NCBI GenBank assembly: GCA_963833095.1
Contig: CAWHWQ010000002.1
Location: 64,001-128,000 of the forward strand
DNA: 64,000 nucleotides
Origin: Vulcanimicrobiota bacterium
GTDB lineage: Bacteria > Vulcanimicrobiota > Vulcanimicrobiia > Vulcanimicrobiales > Vulcanimicrobiaceae
Direction: 5' to 3'
A program made the position numbers and the translations under genes. Of the stretch, positions 29,025 through 41,225 are shown one piece after another. The notes under the pieces are model-generated. The model worked only from the letters and a program-made list of their open reading frames with translations. It was not told where the DNA came from and searched no databases. Position 1 is the first letter of the stretch, and each line of letters begins with the position of its first letter.

Positions 29025-30062
29025 ATGGATGTAGAAGTTCCGGTCCGGCTCACCGCGCTCGCATCGTGCGGCGGCTGCGCGAGCAAACTCGGTTCCGCAG
29101 AACTCGCATCGGTGCTGGTCGGCTTGCCGTCGACCACCAACGACCGCGTTTTGGTCGGTTTCGGCACCGCCGACGATGCCGGTGTCTATGCACTTCGCGA
29201 CGACCTTGCGCTGGTGCAAACCGTCGACTTCTTTACGCCGATCGTCGACGATCCATACGATTTTGGCCGCGTCGCTGCAACGAATGCAATCTCCGACGTC
29301 TATGCAATGGGGGGTACGCCGATCAGCGCGCTCAATATCGTGGCCTTTCCCGAAGCGCTCGATCTTGCTATCCTCTCGCGTATTCTCGCCGGCGGCGCGG
29401 ATGTTGCGCGCGCGGCCGGGGTTGCGATCTTGGGCGGACACACGATCAAGGACGACGAGCCCAAGTACGGCATGGCGGTGACCGGCACCATCGACCCGCG
29501 GCGCATCGTCACCAACGCGGGCGCGAAACCCGGTGACGCCCTGGTGCTCACCAAGCCGATCGGCACGGGCATCCTTACGACGGCGGCTAAGCGCGACGCG
29601 ATTCGCTATGCGGATTTGCAACCCGCAATCGACTGGATGACCACACTCAACGCCGGCGCAGCCGCAGCGATGCTCGACGCGCGGGCGCATGCGGCAACCG
29701 ACATCACGGGGTTTGGCGTGCTCGGACACGGCGGCGAACTCGCACGCGCTTCGGGCGTGCGGCTCGTCATTGATGCCAACGCGGTTCCGATTATGGAGGG
29801 CGTGCTGGACCTGATTCGCGCCGGCGTCGTTCCGAGCGGCACGACGAACAACGTACGCACGCATGCGACGTTTACGACATTCGCTGCATCCGTCGACGAG
29901 GCGCGACGGGTTGCACTTTCCGATGCGCAAACGTCAGGCGGACTCTTGATCAGCGTCGCACCAGAGCGGCTGGAAGCGTTGCGCCGCGGGCTGCGCGATT
30001 CCGGCGTTCTCGATGCGGTGATCGGCGAGGTTACGGAAGGCCAAGGCATCACCGTCGGGTGA
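29025..30062 (+). CDS. selD: Selenide, water dikinase (Cys form)
   Basis: RLT..ASCGGCASKL, DDAGVY, TVDFFTPIVDDP, TDITGFG, DAQTSGGLL. Confidence 0.95.
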   Translation: MDVEVPVRLTALASCGGCASKLGSAELASVLVGLPSTTNDRVLVGFGTADDAGVYALRDDLALVQTVDFFTPIVDDPYDFGRVAATNAISDVYAMGGTPISALNIVAFPEALDLAILSRILAGGADVARAAGVAILGGHTIKDDEPKYGMAVTGTIDPRRIVTNAGAKPGDALVLTKPIGTGILTTAAKRDAIRYADLQPAIDWMTTLNAGAAAAMLDARAHAATDITGFGVLGHGGELARASGVRLVIDANAVPIMEGVLDLIRAGVVPSGTTNNVRTHATFTTFAASVDEARRVALSDAQTSGGLLISVAPERLEALRRGLRDSGVLDAVIGEVTEGQGITVG

Positions 30063-31429
30063 GAGCGGCGATCCGCGCGCACGAGCAGTATCGATGGTAC
30101 GCGCTCGCCGTCATCATGCTCGGCAGCATGATGGGCACGATCGATGCGTCGATCGCAAACGTGGCCATGCCGACGATTGCACGCGTCTACGCTACGTCCG
30201 TCGACAACGCGGAGTGGGTGATTCTGTCCTTCATGCTGGTCACCGCATCAACCCTGGTGCTTTTCGGCCGGCTCGGCGACATGTTTGGACAGAAGCGCAT
30301 CTATCTCGGTGGTTTTGCCATTTTTGGCGCGAGTTCGCTTGCATGCGCGCTTGCGCCGTCGCTCGGCTTCCTGATCGCCGCTCGCGCGGTGCAGGCGCTT
30401 GGCGCTGCGATGCTGCTCTCCTCGAATCAGGCGTTGATAGTCGATACGTTTCCGTCGACGGAGCGTGGGCGAGCAATCGGTTTCAACGGCGCGGCCGTCG
30501 CGGTCGGTCTCTCGCTGGGGCCGATCGTCGGCGGTGCGATCGTGACCTACGGTGATTGGCGCTGGATCTTCTTGATCAACGTGCCGATCTCGATCATCGC
30601 CTCAGTCGGCGCAATGTTCGTCCTGCGACCCGTGCAGCAAAAGAACACCGGTTTCGATCTGTTAGGCGCCGTGCTGTCGGTGATCACGCTCTTTTCGTTC
30701 TCCCTTGCGCTGTCGCGCTCGCATATTTGGGGGTGGACGTCACCGGTGACGCTCAGCCTCATCGCCCTCTCGATCGTTACCCTGACGCTTTTCATCGTCG
30801 TCGAGCAGCGCGTGCCGACACCGACACTGGATCTCAATCTGTTCAAGATCCGCATCTTCGGCGTATCAGTCTTTGCGGCGTTCGTCTACTTCGTGGCAAT
30901 CTCGGGGTTGATCTTCATCGTCCCGCTCACGGCGCAAACCGCCCTCGGCGACACGGCTTTTGCCGCGGGATTCTTGCTTACGCCGATCACCGCGCTCAAC
31001 ATCGTGCTCGCGCCAACCGCAGGCGCGCTATCGGATCGCGTCCCCGTGCGTTACGTCTCGACTGCGGGCGCATTAATGGTCGCTTTCGGACTCTTTTTGC
31101 TCTCGCGTCTGCCGGCATCGCCGACCATGCTCCAGCTCATTGGCGCGCTCATCGTCACAGGGTGCGGCACAGCGGTCTTCACCCAGCCGAACAACAGCGC
31201 GATTATGGGTTCCGCGCCGGCCGATCGCCGCGGCATCGCTGCGGGGACGCTTGCCACCGCGCGTACGAGCGGACAACTAATCGGCGTGGCCGTCGCAAGC
31301 GCGGTCTATTTCTCGCACGTCGCGCACGCCGGCGCGCTCGCAAAAACGTTCGCACCTGCCAGCGCCTATTTCGGCTTTACGGCGTTTGTCATGCTCGGCG
31401 TGGCTGCGCTGTCGTGGTTGCGTGAGTAA
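30059..31429 (+). CDS. DHA2-family MFS transporter
   Basis: IDASIANVAMP, GRLGDMFGQKR, WRWIFLINVP; GTGA overlap with selD. Confidence 0.92.
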   Translation: MRAAIRAHEQYRWYALAVIMLGSMMGTIDASIANVAMPTIARVYATSVDNAEWVILSFMLVTASTLVLFGRLGDMFGQKRIYLGGFAIFGASSLACALAPSLGFLIAARAVQALGAAMLLSSNQALIVDTFPSTERGRAIGFNGAAVAVGLSLGPIVGGAIVTYGDWRWIFLINVPISIIASVGAMFVLRPVQQKNTGFDLLGAVLSVITLFSFSLALSRSHIWGWTSPVTLSLIALSIVTLTLFIVVEQRVPTPTLDLNLFKIRIFGVSVFAAFVYFVAISGLIFIVPLTAQTALGDTAFAAGFLLTPITALNIVLAPTAGALSDRVPVRYVSTAGALMVAFGLFLLSRLPASPTMLQLIGALIVTGCGTAVFTQPNNSAIMGSAPADRRGIAAGTLATARTSGQLIGVAVASAVYFSHVAHAGALAKTFAPASAYFGFTAFVMLGVAALSWLRE

Positions 31430-31431
31430 CG

Positions 31432-32094
31432 ATGCTCGCGCTGCAAACGTTCGGACCTGATATTTGGATCGCCGACGGTCTGCCGGTAAGCGTGTTCGGA
31501 CCGCTAAGACTTCCGACGCGAATGATCGTTGTCAAACTGGGCGACGGATCGCTGTGGATCAACTCGCCGGTGGCCGCGTCACGCGACGACATGCAGATGG
31601 TTGGCAGGCTCGGGCCGGTGCGTCATCTCGTTTCGCCGGCAAAGCTTCATACATGGAGAATCGCCTCGTGGGCAGCTGTCTTTCCCGAGGCACGGTGTTG
31701 GATTCCGCCGGAGATTCTTCGCGACGAAGCGCCCCAGGCGTGGGCCGGCGACCTCGACCAGGCCGTCTTTCGCGGCAATGCGTTCGCCCAGGAGGTCGAA
31801 TTCTTCCATCCAAAATCGCGCACGCTGATTTTCAACGACTTCATCCAAAACTATCCGCCCCAACCGCATCGCGTGGTGCTTGACGCCCTCTTGAAACTCA
31901 GCGGTGCGCGAAACGGTGGTGTCCCCACCGATATCAAGCTGTCGTTCATCAACAAGGGCCTTGCGCAGCAATCGCTGCGCCGGCTCCTCGCATGGGACTT
32001 TGACAACCTCATCGTTGCGCATGGCGACTGGCTCACCGGCGGTGCAAAGAAACTCGTCGAGGGTTCCTTCGCGTTTCTTTCAACCCCACGATGA
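31432..32094 (+). CDS. DUF4336-family protein (metallo-beta-lactamase-like fold)
   Basis: PTRMIVVKL, LWINSP, SPAKLH, EVEFFHPKSRTLI, WDFD.LIVAHG. Confidence 0.8.
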   Translation: MLALQTFGPDIWIADGLPVSVFGPLRLPTRMIVVKLGDGSLWINSPVAASRDDMQMVGRLGPVRHLVSPAKLHTWRIASWAAVFPEARCWIPPEILRDEAPQAWAGDLDQAVFRGNAFAQEVEFFHPKSRTLIFNDFIQNYPPQPHRVVLDALLKLSGARNGGVPTDIKLSFINKGLAQQSLRRLLAWDFDNLIVAHGDWLTGGAKKLVEGSFAFLSTPR

Positions 32095-32467
32095 CGATGA
32101 TCGCCACGACGCAAACACCGATCGTGAGAATCCAGATGCTCCACGTGCCAACCCGGTCGATAAGTACGCCGCTCAGCACCGCACCGCCCGAGATTGCAAG
32201 ATTCTGCACGAAGCGCTGAAGCGCGCCGGCGGTTCATTGTGCGCTCGCGGGAAACGCCGCCAGCGAAAGGGCGATAACCGGCGTCTGCAGCGCGCCCGTG
32301 CCAAAGCCGAAGAGCAACAAACTGATCGTCCACGCGGCAAGCCCCGCGTTGACCTGTAACACGTGCGTGAGCCGCGGTAGGGCGACATTCATCACGCCGG
32401 TGTCGAGGGTCGAGATGAAAAATGACAGTGCGGCCGTAGCCACCGCAAGACGTTCGGAAATGCGCAT
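32033..32467 (-). pseudogene. MFS transporter remnant (internal deletion plus in-frame TGA)
   Basis: N-terminal LDTGVMNVALP fused to C-terminal GTGALQTP..TAGALQRFVQNLA; TGA at 32234-32236. Confidence 0.75.
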
Positions 32468-32490
32468 AGGCGGTAACTATACCGCCTATG
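32465..32490. terminator. Perfect 11-bp inverted repeat downstream of lon
   Basis: CATAGGCGGTA-ACTA-TACCGCCTATG; no U tract. Confidence 0.5.
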
Positions 32491-32520
32491 TGCTTCAGCT
32501 ATCGGTGAACTATCAGCGAG

Positions 32521-34999
<2,479 letters not shown>

Positions 35000-35002
35000 A
35001 TT

Positions 35003-35392
35003 TTACGTTAGCGTCCTCTTCACGATCATACGGATCTCGGTGCGCGTCGCCGGAACGTACGCCGTCGACGAGATGGGAAGCGCGATGACTAATACGCCGT
35101 CGGCGTAGTTGGCGTGCGCATCGCCGAGCAGATCCACCGGCACCGGCAGGCGGATACGCTTGGCAAAGGACCCGTACGTGATCTCTTTTTGGATAAATGA
35201 GCCGCGTCTAAACCGGACCGGCTCGGCCCGGAGGCCGGAGATAGTAAGCGAGCGGTCGTCGATTTCGACCCGCAGGCTATCAGGGTCGGCGCCGGCCACC
35301 TCGACCGCTACCACTACCTGGCCTCGCTCTTCGTCGACCACAACATCGGCATTGGGCTCGAAGCCCAGCCGGGAACGCACGATATACTCCAT
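35003..35392 (-). CDS. Hsp20/alpha-crystallin family protein
   Basis: PNADV, EITYGSFAKRIRLP, ANYADGVL; upstream of lon. Confidence 0.88.
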   Translation of the reverse strand: MEYIVRSRLGFEPNADVVVDEERGQVVVAVEVAGADPDSLRVEIDDRSLTISGLRAEPVRFRRGSFIQKEITYGSFAKRIRLPVPVDLLGDAHANYADGVLVIALPISSTAYVPATRTEIRMIVKRTLT

Positions 35393-35419
35393 AGCTCCTA
35401 TGTCTCTAGATTCGCAATC

Positions 35420-35446
35420 TTAGCACTCAGTTGCACCGTCTGCTAG
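35420..35446. promoter_or_regulatory. CIRCE element (HrcA operator) of hsp20-lon
   Basis: TTAGCACTC-N9-GTCTGCTAG versus consensus TTAGCACTC-N9-GAGTGCTAA. Confidence 0.8.
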
Positions 35447-35564
35447 ACTCCTCCTGGTCGCCTGCCCCAAACTGCCGATCACTTCTACTTAGAGGGTGCC
35501 TTTCGAGACACCCTGGCTTACTCCGTGGCGACCCCGGGCGGGTTTCCGGGTTAGGAACAGGCAC

Positions 35565-36617
35565 ATGCACGTAGCCGTCGTCGACGACCAGGAAGCGTCG
35601 CTCGCTGGCTTCTCGCAGATCCTTCGGCGTATCGCAGACGTCGAACCGATCTGCTTCAAGAAGGCGTCCGACGCCCTGCACTGGATAGGCGGCGTAGACC
35701 CTGCTTTCGTCGTCGTCAACAATACCCTCGCTGATATCCCCGGCGTCGATTTCATCCGTCGCATGCGCCTGGTCGACGGTCGCGCCGGCACGCCGGTCAT
35801 CTTTACCACCGCTAAGTCTGACCGCGATTTGCGGCGCTCCGTGTTCGACCTCGACGTGCACGCCTTCCTCGAAAAGCCGATCAATCCGTCGGAGTTTCTG
35901 GTGCACGCGATGCATATCGTCGATGCGCGCCGCGAACGCGCCGATATGCACGCTCGTCTCCAAGAGGCGGGCACGCGCTCGGCGAGTCCCGTGCCGACGC
36001 GCGAAGCGCCCGACACCAATGCGTTGATCGATGCGATGCTCGATGTTGCCGTGCTGCACGATCCCACGATCGTTGCCCATCACGACCTCTCCTCGCAGCT
36101 TGCCATGGCCCTCGCGCGCGAACTCAAACTCACCGGCGACGAACTCGAAACACTTCGCCTTGCATCGCGCATTTACGACATCGGAAAAGCCGAGATTCCA
36201 CAGCGAATTTTAGAAAGCCGCAATCCGGCCACGCAGGCCGATCGCGTGTCGATCGAGAGGCATGCTGAGGCGGGAACGCGTCTGCTCGCCGGTCGCGACG
36301 ACGCGACCTTGCGCGCCGCGTCGATCATCGCGCAAACGCATCACGAGCGTTACGACGGCTCGGGATATCCGCGCAAGTTGCGCGGCTCGTCGATTCCGAT
36401 CATGGGCCGCATCGTCGCGGTCTCCGATACGATGAGCGCGTTGTTACGGGCACGCGGCGACCGGCCCGCGCTCACGCTCGCGCAAGCGATCGAGGTCGCG
36501 GAAAAAGGCGCCGGCACCCTCTACGATCCAGCGGTAGTCGCTGCGATCCGCGGCAATCTCAACGAAATTTCGCGCATCGCGCACGAAGTTGCGGCTCGGA
36601 GCGCGCAGGCAAGCTAG
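35565..36617 (+). CDS. REC-HD-GYP protein, degenerate (YD; phosphoacceptor Asp appears replaced by Asn)
   Basis: VVDD, VVVNN, EKP; IYDIGK, HHERYDGSGYP. Confidence 0.88.
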   Translation: MHVAVVDDQEASLAGFSQILRRIADVEPICFKKASDALHWIGGVDPAFVVVNNTLADIPGVDFIRRMRLVDGRAGTPVIFTTAKSDRDLRRSVFDLDVHAFLEKPINPSEFLVHAMHIVDARRERADMHARLQEAGTRSASPVPTREAPDTNALIDAMLDVAVLHDPTIVAHHDLSSQLAMALARELKLTGDELETLRLASRIYDIGKAEIPQRILESRNPATQADRVSIERHAEAGTRLLAGRDDATLRAASIIAQTHHERYDGSGYPRKLRGSSIPIMGRIVAVSDTMSALLRARGDRPALTLAQAIEVAEKGAGTLYDPAVVAAIRGNLNEISRIAHEVAARSAQAS

Positions 36618-36641
36618 TCCCCCCGGTGGTATTGGGCAGGA

Positions 36642-37955
36642 ATGTCCACGCTTCGACGTCGGCTGAACGTATTCGACCTGACGCTGATTACCATCGGCAG
36701 CATCATCGGTTCGGGCATTTTTCGGAATCCGGCTGTTGTCGCGCAGCGCGCGCACTTGCCGGGCCTCGCGATCGGGTGCTGGATCCTTGGCGGCCTCATC
36801 GCAATGATTGGTGCCTTCGTCTTTGCCGAACTTGCCGAGCGGCGTCCGGCAAACGGCGGTATCTACGCCTATCTCCGCGACGCGTACCATCCGGTCGTCG
36901 CGTTCGTCTTCGGGTGGACGCTCCTGCTCATCGCCGATACCGGCGGTACGGCCGCCTCAGCCGTGCTCTTCGCCGGCTATCTGACGCCTCTCACAGGCTT
37001 ACAGTTCGACCCGCGCATCGTCGCAGTGATCACGCTCGCAGTGCTGGTCACGATCAATTGCCTAGGCGTGCGCGAAGGCGGGACGTGGCAGAACGTTCTC
37101 GTGATCTTAAAGGTCACTGCGATCGTCGGACTAATCGGCGCGGGACTGTTCGCGCACCCGGCTGCCGGCGCAGTGATGACGCTCCCAGGCTTCAGTACGA
37201 ATACCGCCTTGCTCGGAGCGTTCGGCGTTGCAATGCTCCCGGTACTCTTTGCCTACAACGGCTTTCAAGGTGCTACCTACATTACCGGCGAGACGGTGAA
37301 TCCGCAGCGCACGATTCCACGCGGATTGATCTTCGGCGTGCTGGCCGTTATCGCAATCTACGTCTTGGTGAATATCGGGGATCTGCGTGTGCTGGGGCCG
37401 GCTGGACTGGCCGCGACCAAAGTTCCCGCTTCGGACGTAATGCAGGCGGCGCTCGGCCCAATCGGCGCGCGCATCATTGCCATCGCGATCGCACTTTCGA
37501 CGCTCGGCTTCATGAGCACGCGTATGCTGGTAACGCCGCGCGTCTACTTTCAAATGGCTGCCGACGGCGTGTTCTTCAAACAGATCGCCTGGGTTAGCCC
37601 GCGCACCCATGTGCCGACGATCGCGATTATCATTGAGGGCGTCATCGCGGCAATCATCGCCGTCAGCGGGACGTTCGAGCAGATCGTCAACTGGACGGTC
37701 GCACCCGAGTGGATCTTCGTCGTGCTCGCTGCCGGAGCGATCTTCATTTTCCGTAAACGCGACGGCAACGCTGTAAAGCCTGCGTTCCGCGTGCCGCTGC
37801 ATCCGTTCTCGACGATTCTCCTGATGGTCGTACTGCTTGCGATCTTCGTTACCGAGGTGATCCTCGTGCCGCTCGACACGCTCTACGGCACGCTCGTGAT
37901 CATCGCGGGAATTATCTTCTACTATGCCTGGAGGCGTTTTGCCCGAACGGCCTGA
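36642..37955 (+). CDS. APC-family amino acid permease
   Basis: IGSIIGSGIF, FAELA, GGIYAYL, FAYNGF. Confidence 0.93.
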   Translation: MSTLRRRLNVFDLTLITIGSIIGSGIFRNPAVVAQRAHLPGLAIGCWILGGLIAMIGAFVFAELAERRPANGGIYAYLRDAYHPVVAFVFGWTLLLIADTGGTAASAVLFAGYLTPLTGLQFDPRIVAVITLAVLVTINCLGVREGGTWQNVLVILKVTAIVGLIGAGLFAHPAAGAVMTLPGFSTNTALLGAFGVAMLPVLFAYNGFQGATYITGETVNPQRTIPRGLIFGVLAVIAIYVLVNIGDLRVLGPAGLAATKVPASDVMQAALGPIGARIIAIAIALSTLGFMSTRMLVTPRVYFQMAADGVFFKQIAWVSPRTHVPTIAIIIEGVIAAIIAVSGTFEQIVNWTVAPEWIFVVLAAGAIFIFRKRDGNAVKPAFRVPLHPFSTILLMVVLLAIFVTEVILVPLDTLYGTLVIIAGIIFYYAWRRFARTA

Positions 37956-39285
37956 CCAACCCCATCTACTGCGACGGCTCGGCGTCCGCGATGCCGCGCT
38001 GATCGTGATGGGCGGCATCGTCGGCTCGGGAATCTTCGTCAACCCCTCGGTTGTCGCGCGTTTGGTGCATACACCGTTTTTTGTGATGCTCGCCTGGACG
38101 ATCGGCGGAGTCATCGCGATCATCGGTGCCGGCGTCTTCGCCGAGCTTGCGGCGCGGCGCGCGCACGACGGCGGCGTGTACGCCTACCTGCGCGATGCCT
38201 ATCACCCGGTTGTCGCCTTCTGTTACGGATGGACGTTGCTGCTCGTTTCGCAAAGCGGCGGCGCGGCTGCGTCGGCGGTCACGTTTGCGTTCTATCTTCC
38301 CGCGATCACCGGCATCACGCTCAATGCCGTGCAAGCAACGATCGTTGCCGTCATCGTGCTCGGTGTGTTCACCGTGGTAAATTGCTTCGGCGTCCGCGAA
38401 AGCACGACGACACAAAATGGCTTCATGCTCGCCAAGATCGTCGCAATCGGCGCGGTGATCGTCGTCGGAGTCTTCGCCGCGCATGCCGCGTCAGGCCAAG
38501 GCGCGCCACTGCTGCCGTCCGATTTCAATCCGCTCGTCGCGATTGGGCTTTCACTCGTTCCGGTGATGTTCGCGTACAGCGGGTGGCAAACGTCGACGTT
38601 CATGGCCGGCGAGACACGCGATTCGAATCGCTCGCTCCCGATCGGCATCCTGCTCGGTGTCCTTGGCGTAATCGTGCTCTATCTCGGCATGAACGCCGTC
38701 TGCCTCTACGTTTTGGGGCCGGCACGGCTTGCGGCAACGATGACGCCCGCCTCGGATATCGTACAAGCCGTGGTTGGCCCGCTGGGCGCGAAGATCATGG
38801 CGAGCATCGTTGCGCTTTCAACGCTCGGCTTTATCGCCAATCAAATCCTTACCTCGCCGCGCGTCTACTTTCAAATGGCGTCCGACGGCACATTCTTCAA
38901 ACAACTAGCCTGGATTAGTCCACGTACGCACGTTCCCGTGATTGCCATTGCGGTGCAAGGGGCCGCAGCGATTTTGATTGCCTGCTCGGGACGTTATGAC
39001 CTCATTCTCAACTGGGTCACCAGCATCGACTACGTCTTCTTCGGCTTTTCAGCGCTGGCGATCTTCATTTTTCGCCGCCGCGACCATGCGCTCGGCGCAC
39101 CCGAGCCATGGTTTGTGATCCCGCTCCATCCGTGGAGTACGTTGCTTTTTCTGGTGGTGGCTTGGGGAATCGTGATCGATGTGGTCCTAAAGTCACCCAA
39201 AGACGCATCCTTCGGCATCGCCGTGCTCTTGACCGGAATCCCGGTCTATTATGCCTTTCGTCGCATGAAACGAGCGCCTGGGTAA
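37939..39285 (+). CDS. APC-family amino acid permease (tandem paralog)
   Basis: MGGIVGSGIF, GGVYAYL, FAYSGW; GGAGG RBS before TTG. Confidence 0.93.
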   Translation: MPERPDQPHLLRRLGVRDAALIVMGGIVGSGIFVNPSVVARLVHTPFFVMLAWTIGGVIAIIGAGVFAELAARRAHDGGVYAYLRDAYHPVVAFCYGWTLLLVSQSGGAAASAVTFAFYLPAITGITLNAVQATIVAVIVLGVFTVVNCFGVRESTTTQNGFMLAKIVAIGAVIVVGVFAAHAASGQGAPLLPSDFNPLVAIGLSLVPVMFAYSGWQTSTFMAGETRDSNRSLPIGILLGVLGVIVLYLGMNAVCLYVLGPARLAATMTPASDIVQAVVGPLGAKIMASIVALSTLGFIANQILTSPRVYFQMASDGTFFKQLAWISPRTHVPVIAIAVQGAAAILIACSGRYDLILNWVTSIDYVFFGFSALAIFIFRRRDHALGAPEPWFVIPLHPWSTLLFLVVAWGIVIDVVLKSPKDASFGIAVLLTGIPVYYAFRRMKRAPG

Positions 39286-39382
39286 GGCCGGCTCGCCCGC
39301 TTGACGGCCCCTTTACATGGACGCGGCAAAAGGTTTTCCCCACGATAATCTGCCGTAGCGAAAAAATGGGCACACTAGTCCT

Positions 39383-40372
39383 ATGTACCGCGTGGTTATC
39401 GTCGACGACGACGAGGCGACCCTCAAACTCTACGCTGCCGTCATCAAGCGCGTCCTAGGCGAAACACCGATCGCCTTTAGCGATCCGCACGTGGCCCTGA
39501 GCGAGCTCGAGCGGCTACGCCCTGCCCTCGTGATCGTGGATTACTTCATGCCCGAGATGGATGGTATCGCGTTCACCCAGGAGCTGCGCTCCCAGCCGGC
39601 CCATGAGTTCACGCCGATCCTCATGCTGACCGCCAATAGCGATCGTGCGCTCGGTCCGCGCGCTCTTGATGCGGGCGCCACCACGTTCGTCGAAAAGCCG
39701 ATTTCGCTCAAAGATTTCACGGCGCAGCTTCGCCGGTTTGCAATTGCGCAAACGGCAAGCCGTTCGACCTACGGCGAGGTCATGCCGACCGACGAACGCG
39801 ATACGATCGACCGCCTCCATCGAACGATGCGCTCGTACAATCGCGAGCTGGCCGATCACGCAGAACAAGTTCGCGACGTCGCCGTAGCGATCGCCGATGA
39901 AATGCGGGTACCCGCCAGCGAGATCGAAATGCTGCGCTCGGCTGCGTTGGTTTACGATATCGGCATGGTGTCGGTCCCGGAACGCGTTCGGACGATGCCC
40001 TCGGCACTGCCGATGCGCTGGCGCAGCATCGTGAATAGCCATGTCGACGTCGGCGCTTCGATTCTCGGTGGCGCGACGCGACCGCTGTTGCGTGCCGCGG
40101 AAGCCGTCGCGCGTTTTCACCACGAGCGCTACGACGGCACCGGTTATCCAGAAGGGCTCACCGGTGACGAAATTCCTCTGCTTGCTCGCATCGTCGCAGT
40201 GGCCGACACGTTTATCGCGCTCACGTCTGAGCGCCCGCACCGTATCGAGTTCACGCAGACGAACGCCGTTGCGCAGATCCGCGCCGAGCGCGGGAAGGCT
40301 TTCGATCCGAATGTGGTCGAGGCGTTTACTCGACTAGAAGACCGCCTCAGCGACTTCCGCCGTTCAGCTTAG
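39383..40372 (+). CDS. REC-HD-GYP protein, degenerate HD (YD)
   Basis: Intact REC (VDDD, DYFMPEMDG, EKP); VYDIGM, HHERYDGTGYP. Confidence 0.9.
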   Translation: MYRVVIVDDDEATLKLYAAVIKRVLGETPIAFSDPHVALSELERLRPALVIVDYFMPEMDGIAFTQELRSQPAHEFTPILMLTANSDRALGPRALDAGATTFVEKPISLKDFTAQLRRFAIAQTASRSTYGEVMPTDERDTIDRLHRTMRSYNRELADHAEQVRDVAVAIADEMRVPASEIEMLRSAALVYDIGMVSVPERVRTMPSALPMRWRSIVNSHVDVGASILGGATRPLLRAAEAVARFHHERYDGTGYPEGLTGDEIPLLARIVAVADTFIALTSERPHRIEFTQTNAVAQIRAERGKAFDPNVVEAFTRLEDRLSDFRRSA

Positions 40373-40839
40373 GCGCGTACCTTTTCGAGCAGCTCCTCGA
40401 GGCGCCGCATCCCTTCGTCGTAGCCCGCCTTTGCGCCGCCCTCCATCATCCCGTCGCGCTCGGCTTGCGTGTCGAAGAGTTGATGGGCCGTGAGCGTCGT
40501 GCGACCGTCGCGCTCTTGCAGCGTGTGCGTCGCTCGGCTAACGTGCCCGGGATAGCCCTCGTATTCGAAGGTCATAACGACGCGCTCGGGTTTAACGATG
40601 TCGATGTACTCTCCGTTGAAGGCGTGCAGCGTTCCGTCCGGCTCGTATTGTAAGAAACGCCACTTACCGCCCGGATGAAAGTTCATCGCATCGATCACCG
40701 TACGGAGACGCGCCGGACCCCACCAATTCGGGATGTGCTTTGGGTCGTACATGACTTCCCACACGAGCGCGCGTGGCGCATTGAAGGTGTACTCGAAGAC
40801 CAACTCCCGGTCGGAGGGTAGCGTATGCGTCGTCATCAT
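40369..40839 (-). CDS. SRPBCC/AHSA1-like protein
   Basis: FNAPRALVW, WWGP, PGGKWRF, PERVVMTF. Confidence 0.88.
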   Translation of the reverse strand: MMTTHTLPSDRELVFEYTFNAPRALVWEVMYDPKHIPNWWGPARLRTVIDAMNFHPGGKWRFLQYEPDGTLHAFNGEYIDIVKPERVVMTFEYEGYPGHVSRATHTLQERDGRTTLTAHQLFDTQAERDGMMEGGAKAGYDEGMRRLEELLEKVRA

Positions 40840-41225
40840 ACGCTTGCCTTTCGTGCGAAGAGTGGGGCAAATTGCGCGCGGATCGGCCACGCGGTGAGAA
40901 ACCAGAGAATTAGCGCGAAGATCGGCATCGGTAACCCTGCCGGCTGCATCGTGAAGTGGAAGGTGAAGATGTTTGCGAACACCGCGCCGAGCACGACGAC
41001 CGCGAGCGGAACGTATTGATCGGTTAGGAGCAGCAAGCCGCAGATGAGCTGCGCGCCGAAGATCAATACATAGAAGTGTGATGTAAAGAGGATCGTTGTG
41101 AATTGCACGACGAGGCTGTCGGGCGACATCGGCGGCTGCGGAATGAAGTGAAAGAAGCCATTCAACCCAAAGATGGTAAACATCAGGCCGAGCAGAATGC
41201 GCGCGACCATCGAAACGATCTTCAT
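40836..41225 (-). CDS. DoxX-like membrane protein
   Basis: RILLGLMFTIFGLNGF, NIFTFH. Confidence 0.8.
   Translation of the reverse strand: MKIVSMVARILLGLMFTIFGLNGFFHFIPQPPMSPDSLVVQFTTILFTSHFYVLIFGAQLICGLLLLTDQYVPLAVVVLGAVFANIFTFHFTMQPAGLPMPIFALILWFLTAWPIRAQFAPLFARKASV

Noticed and set aside
29064..29078. SelD as a selenoprotein
   Set aside because: Active-site codons are TGC (CGGC); there is no UGA
32234..32236. In-frame TGA near selD as a possible selenocysteine codon
   Set aside because: It lies in an MFS remnant at a non-redox position, and no convincing SECIS hairpin follows
39286..39382. c-di-GMP riboswitch upstream of the second HD-GYP gene
   Set aside because: Only a loose GGACGCGGCAAAA resemblance; the characteristic two-hairpin layout was not found
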